DNA from: Gekko japonicus
Lineage: Eukaryota
Assembly (NCBI RefSeq): GCF_001447785.1
Contig: NW_015169788.1
Coordinates: 1-63,748 of the forward strand
Length of the DNA stretch: 63,748 bases
Direction: 5' to 3'
This document shows, piece by piece, positions 48,568 through 60,700 of the stretch. The position numbers and the translations under genes are program-made. Below the pieces are notes generated by a model. That model made no database searches, was not told the DNA's origin, and saw only the letters and a program-made list of their open reading frames with translations. The first letter of the stretch is position 1. Each line of letters starts with the position of its first letter.

Positions 48568-48700
48568 GCGCGCGGGAGGGGGCGGGCCCGCCGCCTCCGG
48601 ACTTCCGGGAAGGAGTGCGCGTGCGCGCTCAGGCCCCGCCGCCTCCCGTCGGCGGACGGCCCACCCGGCCGGGCTGTCGTGGGAAGGCCCCGGCAGGGAG
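48568..48700 (-). promoter_or_regulatory. Putative CYC1 proximal promoter
   Basis: CpG-rich; GC box ggggcggg, GABP/ETS acttccgg (~48601), NRF1-like tgcgcgtgcgc (~48616), as expected for respiratory-chain genes. Confidence 0.6.
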
Positions 48701-49214
48701 GTGGGAAGGCCTTTGCGAGGGGGGCGGCGAGCCCTCCTCCCCAGTGACCCCCCCTCCCCCGCAATGCCCGGGGCCAGGAGGGAGCAGGGCCTGGGCAGTG
48801 GCGGCTCCCCAGCTCGCCTGCTGCCCGGCGGAAGGAAGGGGAATCCTCGGCGCGTTAGAGGCCGGTGCCCAGGCGGGAGGTTTGGTCGGGGCAGGAAGCA
48901 GTCCCGTGGCCAGGGGGCATCCAGATACCTTAGGGGGCCTTAATTCAGATTCTGGAGGAAATGGAGAGGTGCTTCCTGGCTCCACGTGGCCACCATAGCT
49001 GGTCCTTCACGCCAGACAGCTGTGCAGGAATCCTCCGCTCCTTCCCCGCACCTGCTATTGCGGGGGGGGCTGGGCTGGATGGGAAGTCGGGGGGGGGGGC
49101 TAGCCCCAAGTTGCCCCACTGTAACTACGGGCTTGGCAGGAAGGCAGTCGAGCACCCCACCCCGAAACCACTTCCCCGCAGCAGTGGGCTTGCAGGCAGC
49201 CGTGGTACAAGGAG

Positions 49215-50155
49215 GAGACTGGATTTATACCCCATGGCCCTTCCCTACCCGGAGGAGTCTCAGAGCGGCTCACAGTCTCCTTCCCCTCCCCACAACAGAC
49301 ACCCTGGGAGCAATGCTCCCTCTAAGCTGTGGAGTCCTGAGAGCAAAAAGTTCTACTTTGTGAGCTGCTGGCTTGAAAATTGTGAGCGAGCGAGCTCCGG
49401 AGCCATCTATCCTGAGCTAAGGCAAAAAGGTGTGAGCCGGAGGCTAAAGAACTGTGGGCTAGCTCACCCTAACTCGGCTTAGAGGGAACACTGCCTGGGA
49501 GGTCGGTGGGGCTAAGAGAGCTCTCCCGAGAACTGCTCCTGAGAGAACAGCTCTGAGGGAACTTGTGACTGACCCAAGGTCACACCAGCAGCTGCATGTG
49601 GAGGGGGAGTGGGGATCAAACCCCGTTCTCCCAGATGAGAGTCCGTACTCTTGATTCCCCACTCCTCCACTCACAGCTGCTGGGGTGACCTTGGGCAAGC
49701 CGTATTTCTGGCACAGCTGTTATCTTAAGGGCAGTTTCTTTCAGAGCTCTCTCAGCCCCGCCTCCCTCACAGGGTGTCTGTTGTGGGGAGGGGAAGGGAA
49801 AGGCGTTTGTAAGCTGCTCGGAGACTCCCTTGTGTAGTGAAGGGCAGGGAATAAATCCAATCTTCTCCTCTTCTTCTTCAAATGAAAGCCAGTCTGGTGC
49901 AGTGGTTAAGTGTGTGGACTCTAATCTGGGAGAACCGGGCTTGATTCCCCACTCCTCCACTTGCACCTGCTGGATGACCTTGGGCAATACATAGTTCTGG
50001 CAAGAGCTGTTCTTGAAAAAGAGCAGTTTCCATCAGAGCTCTCAGCCCCACCTGCCTCGCAGGGCGTCTGTTGTGGGGAGGGAAAGGTGTTTGTAAGCCA
50101 CTCTGAGACACCTTTGGGTAGTGAAGGGCCAGGGGTATAAACCCAGTCTCTTCTT
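49215..50155. mobile_element. Cluster of Squam3-like SINEs, one interrupted by a hAT MITE
   Basis: Same SINE family; MITE 49311-49493 with cctgggag TSD splits the first copy. Confidence 0.8.
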
Positions 50156-51762
50156 TCTCAAGGAATGGTAGGAACCTGATTTGTATAACCGTCTTGTATG
50201 AACTTTAAATTTGTGCATCTAATTTTAGATTATTTTATTCAAGTTATTGTTTTATCGTTTTTCTTACCTGTGAATGTTGTAGTATTTATGTAAATACTGG
50301 CTGTGGACCATTAATAAAATCTGACTGATTCTGGGTGGCATTTCAGAACCTAGGTGCACGTGAGGCGGGCAAGCAATGAGGCGTTTATTTATTTATTTAA
50401 GCATTTTTACCCCGCCCTCCCCTGTGGGCTCATCCTGCCCAGGCGAGGCCGCTTTCTCAGCTGCACCGAGTGCCGGGCTGTGCCTCTGTGGGCCTGGGCC
50501 CTTGAGAAGCAGCTAAAAAGTGCAGCCAGGCGGGCGGCTGCTCTCCAAAGGCATTCAGAGCCTGTGCATGGAGCTCTGCTGGGCACCAGGCAACCCCCCG
50601 AGAAGTGGGTGGGCCTTTCCCTTGACCCTCGCTCTTCCTGTGCTCTGCTTTGTGGGCGCCCAGCTCCTGAGACAAGCAGGGCCTTGGCTGGGTTGGCCCC
50701 CTACCCGGTGCCATTCAGTTCCCTGCTTGAGAGGTGCACCTGAGGGGGTTCAGTGTCTTTTGGAAGAGGCTCTGCTCTTATGGGGAAGGGGAGATGACTG
50801 AGCTCCTGCTGGGCTTTCGGAGGTCTTGTCTGGCTCTGTCGTCCCGCAGGGTTGGCGCATTGGTCTGCAGTTGGGCAGCCAGAGTCCAGGAGCCCCTTAG
50901 AGACCAACTAGATTTCCGGGGGGGGGGGGGGGGAGATGAGCTTTCAAGCGTCGAAGCTCCCTTTGTCAGACAAGAGTCTGGGTTCAAATCCTGGAGGGGT
51001 TTTTTGGTCATCTTCTGGGCGTGGGACAGGGGTCCCTGCGGTTGTGGAGGGGGAGGTAGTTGTGAATTTCCTGCCTTGTGCAGGGGGTTGGACTAGATGG
51101 CCCCGGAGGTCCTTTCCAGCGCTTAATGATTCTCAATCCACCGGTCGTTACACAGAGTACCTGGAATGGCTGGCAGTTGCCCCTGAGAGCGGCAGCGTTT
51201 TATCTGGCAGGATACAGACTTTGGGAGGAATACGAACGGAAAGCCAGACTTCTCTCACAGCCATCTCTCTTTATTTTCACATCAAAGGCTGTACTGCCAC
51301 CTGTGACACACCCTCATCTGCCCCCCCCCCACCGCAGCACCTGGGACCCCCAGTACGAAGCCCCAGTGCGGGCCCCTGGCCTCAGGAGGAAGACTTTGGA
51401 CCGCAGGCTGGCTGGGGCTGCCCAGACAGGATCAGCCTCTCCTTGGCCCCTCCTGTGGAAGGGGGGGGGGACAACAGCACCTCACCCACTGGAACACGGG
51501 CGGTCCTGCTCCAGTTGCAGGGGCCAGAATCCCGCTCTCCTGGCCAAGGCCTGTCCTTTCAAGCCCCCCTCTGCTGTCAGTCGCCCCACTCCTGTGCCCC
51601 AGTCCCCCAACCCTCCAGGCAGCCGCTGTGGGGCCAAGCAGGTCCAAGAGGGCGGCGTTCCGGCCTCCCTCTGCAGACTCAACGGTGGTCCATCGGCCTC
51701 CACTCGCCCTCCGAGGGTCAGCTGCCAGTTTCCAGCGTGGAGCCTGCTGTGCCTGGGGAGGG

Positions 51763-54700
51763 CTACTTCCAGAAGAGGACGTTCCACAGCAGGAGCCAGC
51801 AGGGGTAGACGAAGAGGGCCACGAAGGGGAAGACGACGGAGCCGTAGAGGTGGTGGTCCAGGAGCCCCTCCGCAATGGCCTGCAGGAACCGCTGCCAGCC
51901 CTCCAGCACGGAGATGGGGTACTCGATGAGCTCGTGGTACAGGAAGATGCCGAACAGCAGGGTGGCGGCCGGCGTGACCAGCACCAGCAGCACGGCCTGG
52001 AGCGCCCTGGGGGGGGGGGGGGGCAGGTGAGTGGGGCAGGGGGCAAGACCACAGCCAGGATGCCCAGTCCCTGCACGCATCTCCCCCGCCCCACGGGAAA
52101 AGGCCGGACCTCTTTCCTCCGCGATGCCTTGCTCCGCAGAGGGCCCAGGAACAAAGCCGAGAAACCCAGGTGTTTCTCAGGGGGAGCAAAACCCAGGCTG
52201 CCCCTCAGCGAGTGCGTCAGAAGGGGCTGTGCTTCCACGGAACGGTACACGGGAACAGATTCCTTGTGTAAAAACTGCTCTGCAAAGTAGTTTCTTCCAC
52301 CTAGTACCTATCCCATGACTGAAGAGACACTTGGTGTTTCTGAACTCAAAGAACAGTGCGACGTTCGGCACCAACAACAGATTTCACTCCTCAGAAAGGG
52401 CGTCCAACAAACCAAACCCTCCCAGTCAACCGCTGACTGGCTCAGAGCACAGACTGGCACCAGAAGATGGGCATAAGAACATAAGAGACGCCAATGTTGG
52501 ATCAGGCCAGTGGCCCATCCAGTCCAACACTCTGTTATTACACAGTGGCAAGAAATACCAGGTGCCATCAGGAGGTCCAGCAGTGGGGCCAGGACACTAG
52601 GAGCCCTCCCACTGTTGCCCCCCCCCCCAAGCACCAAGAAGACAGAGCATCACTTGCCCCAGAGTCCCTATCTATACTTTGTGGCTGATAGCCACTGATG
52701 GACCTCTGCTCCATATGCTTATCTAATTCCCCCTTGAAACCGTCCATGCTTGTAGCCGCCACCACCTCCTGTGGCAGTGAATTCCATGTGTGATTCACTC
52801 TTTGGGTGAAGAAGGACTTCCTTTTATCTGTTCTAACCCGACCGCTCAGCAATTTCATGGAGTGCCAGCTCTTGGAGGGCAGAAGCCAGGAGGAGGAGAA
52901 TGTCTCAGCCACTCAGGGGCTTCTAATTCCAGCTACCCACCAGCAGTGTTCCCTCTAAGCTGTGGAGTCTTGTGAGCAAAAAATCTACTTTGTGAGCTCC
53001 TGGCATTAAAGTTGTGAGCGAGCAATTTGGCTGCTGCATGGATTAGTCTGCTCTGGAGCCTCCTCCTTCCTGAGCTAAGACAAAGATGTGTGAGCTGGAG
53101 GCTCAAGAACCGTGAGCGAACTCACACAAACTCAGCTTAGAGGGAACACTGCCCACCAGCCCCCTGCCCGGGGGGGGGGGGGGCAGATGCTGGAAGGTAG
53201 GCAAGGTCGGCCCCAGTCGGTACTTGGACGGGAGACCAGCAAGGAAACCCAGGGCCGTAAGGCAGAGGCGGGCAGCGGCCACCCACCTCTGAACGTCCCG
53301 GGCCTTGGAAACCCTACGGGGTGGCCGCAAGTCAGATGTGGCTTGACACCGTTCCCCACCCCACCCCCTTCCACGGGACGTCTCCCCCCAGGGCTGCGGC
53401 TGCTCAGCCGAGGGGTGGGGGAGGAGCAAGAGCTGAAAGGGACTGTAATGACTCCCCCCACCCCAAAATCCGGTACGTACTTGGGCCCGGTGGGCTGGAC
53501 GGCTGCGGCCACAGGCACCATGGTGACGGCCAGCAAGAAGCCGAGAGAGAAGTTGATGAGGGCGATGCAGCCGAGCTGTATGGCCAGGTACAGCAGGGAG
53601 AGCAGCTTCAACATCATCCAGCCGCGGTCGCTGCCTGCACCCGTCAGGACCCTGCGCAGGGCACAAACACGCAGCCGCTCCATACGTGGCCCGGCCACAC
53701 CCTAACCCTCCGCTGACGTGGGGGGTGGGAGGCTGTGGCTCAGTGGCAGGACATCTGCTCGGCACACAGGAGGGAGGTCCAATCCCCGGGAGCGTCTCCG
53801 GGTAAGAGGAACCAGGCGGGAAGCGCTGTGACACAAGAACTCATCCCCCCCCCCCAGAGACCCTGGAGAGCCGCTGCCCGTCTGCCCGGGCACTACTGAC
53901 CTTGAGGGGTGGACGGTCTGGTTCGCGAGAAAGCAGCTTCGTGTCTCCATGGGGTCCAGAGAGGCCCCCCACCACAGCCAGCCCCGCCCCGCCCCCTTCC
54001 TCCTGGCCTCGGGCAAGGAGTGTCTCTCAGGGGCTCTGGCTCCGCAGCCCCCAGCCCGGGCCCTCTGCGTGTGGGGGGAAGAGCAGCCAGAGCTCCCTCT
54101 GTGCCCCCCTTACCTGTGTGTGTTGTGGGGCAGCGCCAGCCCCGCCACGTAGATGGCGATGACGGTGAGCACCACGGCCTCCGACTCGGACACGGGGAAG
54201 TGCTGCGTGGCCATGTGCTGCCCCAGGATGGGCACGAAGTAGAGGGCGAGCCCCGTGGCGTGGCAGATCAGCAGCGGGGGGACCAGGGGCAGCAGGCTGG
54301 GACGGGGCTCCTGCGGGGGAGGGGGGGAGAAAGGAACGGGTCCGGGCACTCAGAAGGCAAAGCAGGGGCTCCCGGGGGCCGAGGAGGGACTGCCTGGGAG
54401 AGAGACAAACACCTCCCCCCCCAGCTCTGGGGACAGGCAGCTCTTCCCTTCCAGACTGAGCACGGGGGGAGCGGTTTGGCAGAGAGAAAAGGGGATCTTG
54501 ACCTCCCCACACACACACAGCCACCCCCCCCACAGAAGGCAGGGAAGCAACCCCCCACCCCACACACGCTGGCTGTCCTCGTGGGCTTTCCATTGTGGGG
54601 TCACGAGAACAGCAGACGTTTCATTTGCAAAACAGTTTCCAGCCTTCATGGGGGGGGGATCACAGTTTGCAGGATGCATTTCCTGGGTGTCAAAAACACG

Positions 54701-57700
54701 CCCCGTCGTCTCCCAGGCAGTCACTTAACAGAAGCAAACGGCAGCAGGGCCCCCAAGCGTTTGGGGCGTGTGGGCAGAAGGACCCGCACAGCCCAGGGAC
54801 TGACCCCGCTGGTGGCCACGGCAAGCCCTGCCCCGGGGCAATCCACCAGGAGCGCACTACCCGCCACGCACCTCTGCCGCCATGGGGCCTCCGTCACAAG
54901 ACTGGTCCGCAGGGTCCACGTCGCATCGGCTCAGCTTCATCCACAGATCCAGAGCGTGGGGAAAGAATCAAGGGGGAAAGACCCACACAAGCTTGCGTGT
55001 CCCAGACGAAAGCTCGACCCAGCCGGGCCCTTCCTCCACTGCCCCGCGGAGGAGCCCCGTCTGCTGCTGTGACCTGCCTGCCCTGCAAAGTCCGGGGGGG
55101 GGGGCGCCCACCGGAAGACAGGTGGCTCTCCTGCCCACTTCTGGTGCTAACAACCCCGATAAGCAGGTTAGGCTGAGACTCACTGGAGGCTCAGAAAACT
55201 TCAGGGCGGGCCAGGGACGCCCACATGGAATGCCCAGATCCGAGTCTGACTGATTCGCACACCTTTTGCAGTCCTCAGACCCAGCTCAAGGGGTGCTGGG
55301 GGGGGGACCCCATGTCATGACACTGCCCCCCACCCCCACCTTGCGTCAGGGCTCCCCTGGGATCTGTCCGAACACCTGCCACCAGCTGGGATGGAGGCTG
55401 CCTTCCATCCCCGGCAGAACNNNNNNNNNNGGTGTCGCTCTTTCTAGTCTTGTGGGGGGCCTGAGGCTGGATCCCGTCTCTTTTTGCCGCGACACCATCT
55501 GGAAACATGACCGTCCAGCTGCATGGGAGGGAGGGCCTGGGTGGAGGCCGCGAGGCAGGAGACTGAGAAACCGCTGGAGCCAAACCTCTTCTTCCCACCT
55601 CACTGAACCCTCCCTGACTTTTGATGGAGGACGGCCCTCGGCACCAGTGTTCCCTCTTAAGCTGAGTGAGCGTGAGCTAGCTCACCGTTTTTTAGCCTCC
55701 GGCTCACACCATTTTTGTCTCAGCTCAGGCAGGAGGGCTCCAGGGCAAACGAATTCATGCAGCAGCCGAATCGCTTGCTCACAACTTTCATGGCAGTCGC
55801 TCACAGAGTAGCATGTTCGCTCCCCAGACTCCACAGCTTAGAGGGAGCACTGCTCAGCACCCCTCGCGCCTTTGCCCTCGGAGGGCCTCTGGGGTCCCGT
55901 CCTGCTGGCCGGTGTGGAGCTCAGCAACCAGCTGGCTCTCCCCTCGCCACGTCTGCTGGCAGCCCCCACCCCCGGCTGGCTGGGCACCCCTCTCTTCCGG
56001 GAGCAGCCAGCCCAGCAGGGTGGGAGGCGACAGTCCCTCCCTCCTCCCCCGGAGCTGCCGGCCACCAGCACATCGAGGGCGCGTGGACTGCGCCCGCCCG
56101 ACTATCACAGGGCTGGAAGGCTCCCCCCCTCCCCCAACGTGACGGAGCAGCCCGGTTCCGGATCGAAGGCAGTAAGAGCCAGGACTGCCCCCCCCCCCCC
56201 GCCCCACTCTGTCCGCAGGATATCTTCAAGACGAGGATGAGGATGAGGAAGCCGAAGGCCGGCATGTAGACCCCGATGGAGACGAAGCGGGAGAGCGAGG
56301 GCAGCAGGTAGAAGAAGTAGGACTGGTGTAGGCGTTCCAGCAGGTTGTTCAGCTTCCGGAACATTCCCTCCAGCGTTCTGGGGAGGAAGGCCAAGAGTAT
56401 GGGGGACCACATCACCCCCTCCTGAACCCGCTCGTCAGCACCTCCGCCCCCCCGGGCATCCTGCTGCCCCCTCGGCCCCATGACCGGCTGGCTGGCACAC
56501 TCACTTGCCCACGGCGCCCATGTCGTACTTGTACTGGCGGAAGCTGTTGATGCCCCGCACCGTGACGGCCTCGATGTGGTAGCGCAGAAAGAGGCCGTGG
56601 TCACCCTGCGGCCGGCCAGAGCCCTGCTTGAGCACCATCAGGAGCAGCGTCTGCAGAGAGTGCAGGTAGGCCGGCAGCGAGTCCCAGTCGGAACGCTGCA
56701 GCTGCGTTTTTGGGGGTGGAAAGCGGAGGGGCGGGGTCAGCCAGGCCTGGGGACAGAGCAGCCCCCTGGCCCAGGCCCCCCCCTTCCCTGCCCCTCCCGG
56801 ACCGGCCACCGGGAACCCAAGGAGCCTGCCCAGGGGCTCAGCGGCAAGGGAGGGTCCCGCACGGTCCAGCCAGGAACCGTCCGCTCTGCAGCCACTCTCA
56901 GTTCGTGGGCTTGCGCAGGCAGACAGCTGGAGGGACCCTGGACTGGCCGGGGCCTTCGGGCTCCTGATAGCGTCCCTTCCCCCCCCCTAGGTCATTTCCC
57001 AGAAAAAGAGGTGCAGGAGCTCATTTGCATATGCCACACACCCTGACAAAGGGCAGGCATGTTTAAAATGAGTTATACACATGAGTTTAAATCCCCACCC
57101 CCCACCCTGAGTCTCTCTGCAAAAGTGGAGAGGCTCAGGGGGAAAGGGAGGCAGTCGTGCCTGGGTTCCCTGCCCGCTGTTCTCCAGGTGCCCTGTGGCT
57201 GCGGAGCACCTGGAGAAGAGCCGGCAGGGAACCCAGGTATTTAAGTCCCCCCCTCCCTGAGAGTCTCCGCGGGCGGGGGGGGCGGGGCTTGGACTCTTTT
57301 CTGCCGGAGTGCCGCTCCAGGGCACTCCGGCAGGAAATGACCCCTGTCCACCCCCCACGTGTCCCTTCACCTTTCCCTGGATGGTGCAGAGGAGGTTGCT
57401 CTTCTGGCAGAAGGCGTAGAAGAGGTTGACCAGGTCCAGGTTGGGCAGCTGCCCGTTCAGGCCCTCCACGGCCAGGTCAAAGCTGGTGATGACGTCGCTG
57501 CTCAGCTCCAGGGAGACGGCGGCCTGGATGGCTCCGGCCCGGCCCAGCATCCCCGACGACTGGATCTCTGGGGAAGAAGCGAGAGGCCCAGCTGGTGAGG
57601 GGCTGCCTGGCACAGATCTATCCCCGGAAGAACACCCGGGCACACAAGGGGGGCTGCCCCAGTGACATTCGTTCTGCTCTCTTATGCCCCGCTTTTCTCT

Positions 57701-60700
57701 CCAGTGGGAACCCAAAGCGGCTAACGTCACCCTCTTCATTTCATCCTCACAACAACCCCCCCCCCCCAAGGCAGGTTGGGCTGAGAGCGTGCAACTGACC
57801 AAAAGTCACCCAGCAAGATTCTGTGGCACAAGCAGGGATTCGAACCCAGGTCTTCAGGATAAGTCCAGTTGCTGCTCTGGGTCCTTTCAAAGTCACCCAG
57901 GGCTAAGACATAAGCAGGCAGGTTTTAGGACCACGGGGGTCTGCAAGTTCCTCTGCATGGACTGACGGCAAGCATCCTCACGCCACTTGGGCAAATGCGA
58001 CAATGGAGGGGGGGGCACAGAGTTCAATGCCTCCTGTTCCCAAAGGAAAGAGGTCAAGAGCTGCCGCCACTCACAGCCACTCCGCCTCCAGTCCTTACGC
58101 TACAGCACAGCCACAGCACAGGCGGATCGCTAGCTGGGACTCGATACTTCTAACTGGTACCGAGGAGGGGCCAGTCCACAGTTAGTTCTCATAGAAAACG
58201 GAGTTGGATTTCACTGCAGGTAGATCCAGGTGGGTTGCCTTGTGGGTCCGAAGCAGCTGGACAAAGTTGTGAGCCCAGCGGCTCCTCGGGACCAACAAAG
58301 TTTAATTCTGGGTATAAAAGCCTTCATGTTCAAGCTCACACCTTGAATAAAACTTTGTTGGGTCTTAAAAGTGCCACTAGATTCCAACTTTGTTCTGGTT
58401 TCCACTACCTTTCCCAGTGCAAAGGGACCTCATCAGAAAAAGAGAAGAAGAGGAAGAAGAGCCAGTTTGGTTAAGTGTGCGGACTCTAATCTGGGAGAAC
58501 CGGGTTTGATTCCCCACTCCTCCACTCGCACCTGGCTGGATGACCTTGGGTCAGTCACTAGTTCTGTCAGAGCTTTCCTTGAAAAAGAGCAGTTTGTGTC
58601 GGAGTTCTCTCAGTCCCCCCCCACCTCACAGGGTGTCTGTTGTGGGGAGGGGAAGGGAAAGCAGAATCTGGCGCAAAGTCCCTTCCAGTCAAGGGGAGAG
58701 GTCGATTAGATCTCGGATGGGAGCTGTGGCCCAGCAGAATCGGCCAGGTTCTGACTGCTTGTGTTTGGCAGCAGGAGCCACGACTCTCGATAGCTGGTCC
58801 CCCCGAAAGTCTTCGTCTCAGAGGTGCTCCTGGACTCAGATGCAGCTCTCCTGAGACCTGCCTTTGTAAGCCACGTCCGGGGAATACACTGTGGTTTTGC
58901 AGGACTGTCCCGAGGACAGAGGCCCGTGTGGGACATACGCGAGTTGCCTGTGCCGCCAGCTTGGCTTGAGGGGGGGGGGGCAGCCCGAGGAAGCCTCTGC
59001 CCGGGGAGCTGGAGAAACCGGGACAGAAGCTGGGAGCCGAAAGGGGCCGGCAGAAGCGCCTCTGGGTCCGTGTGAAGGGAAGGCCCCACCCCGGCACAGC
59101 TCACCGGTGACGTTGACGTTGTGGTACGCCTCCAGCCAGGCCTCCATGCCGACGAGGTCGTGCTCATTCACCAGGAAGATGATGTCCTTGGCCCAGTAGA
59201 TCTGACCTGGGGGAGAAAGGCGGCCTGAACTCTGCCCCACGTGAGTCACCAACCACAGGGGCTTCAGGGCATAAGAGAAGCCAGTGTTGGGTCAGGCCAG
59301 TGGCCCACCCAGTCCAACACTCTGTGTCACACAGTGGCCAGAAATACCAGGGGCCATCAGAAAGGTCCAGCAGCAGAGCCAGGACTCCAGAAGCCCTCCC
59401 ACTGTTGCCCTCCCCCCCCCAAGCACCAAGAAGACAGAGCATCCCTTGCCCCAGACTGAGAGTTCCTATCTATACCTTGTGGCTAAGAGCCACCGATGGA
59501 CCTCTGCGCCATATGCTTATTCAGTTCCCTCTTGAAGCTATGCTTGTAGCCGCCACCACTTCCCATGGCAGTGAATTCCACGCATTATTTACTCTTTGGG
59601 TGAAGAAGGACTTCCTTTTACCTGTTCTAAGCCTACTGCACCATCATTTCATGGAGTGCCCACAAGGAGTTCTCGTATGGTGAGAGAGGGAGAAAAGGAC
59701 TTCTTTCTCGACCTGCTCTATCCCATGGGTGGTTTTGTAAGCATCTATCGTATCAACTCTCAGTCGTCGTTTCCCAGGCTTTTAAAACACACACGCACAC
59801 GAAATGAAATGAAACATCTGTCCTAAGCTAAACCCGCCCACCCCCCACCCTGGCCTCACTGCCGTCTTGAGCAGCTGCCTGCCCCCCTGGAGGGCCACCG
59901 GCTCACCTCGGAAGTAGGACGCCAGGGCCAGCATCAGTCCCACCGCCTGATTGTTCTGCTGGCCTTGGCTGCAGGGAACGCTCAGCACCAGGGATTCCGT
60001 GCTGGCCGCCCGGGGGGCCCTCAGGATCCCGTAGACGTTGGTCCCCTTCACCATCTGCAGAGAGGAGGGGTCAGGCTGCAGACGCCATCTCTCTCCAGCC
60101 CCACGGGCTGGCACCCGCCTGGCAAGAGAGAGCTCCCCCCCCCATACACACCCTCCCACTTCTACGCACGAGTCTCATCCCCTGGCCGCCCCCCGGCCCT
60201 CCCCAAGGCCCTCCGTCAGCCCGGCACCTACGTATCTCTCTCGCAGCTCATCGGGGAAGGGCAGGGTGCGGGCGAAGCTCTGCTTGTACACCTCCAGGCC
60301 CAGGTTCCACATGGTCTTCTCCAGCCAGGCCACCGGCATGCCCCTGGGGACAGCGAGAGGAGCGTGAGTGGGCACGACCCCCACCCCCTGCCCAAACTCC
60401 ACAGCCCCCGCAGGGCTCCCGGGCAGGCGGAAGAAACGGTCTGATTAATTTCCCGGGGGGGGGGGGGCGGGGCTCCCCTGCCTCACCAACCAGCTAATCT
60501 AGGCAAGATTTGTGGCTGCTAAATTACTGACCGCGTGCCCGGGATGCGGAGTCCTCAGTGCCCCAGGGACCCACTGAAATCAAGACACTTTGCATTGCCC
60601 ACAAACAGGCCCCAAGCTCTGACTCTGGAGGATCTCCAAGGGAAAGGAGCAGGCCCGAGAGTGTCCCTTCCCATCTCTGGTACTCCAATTTGGCTCAGTT

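Noticed and set aside
53909-55072. 387-aa plus-strand ORF and similar long ORFs at 50.9-52.3 kb
   Set aside because: Antisense shadows of GPAA1 exons in stop-poor GC-rich DNA; no recognisable domains.
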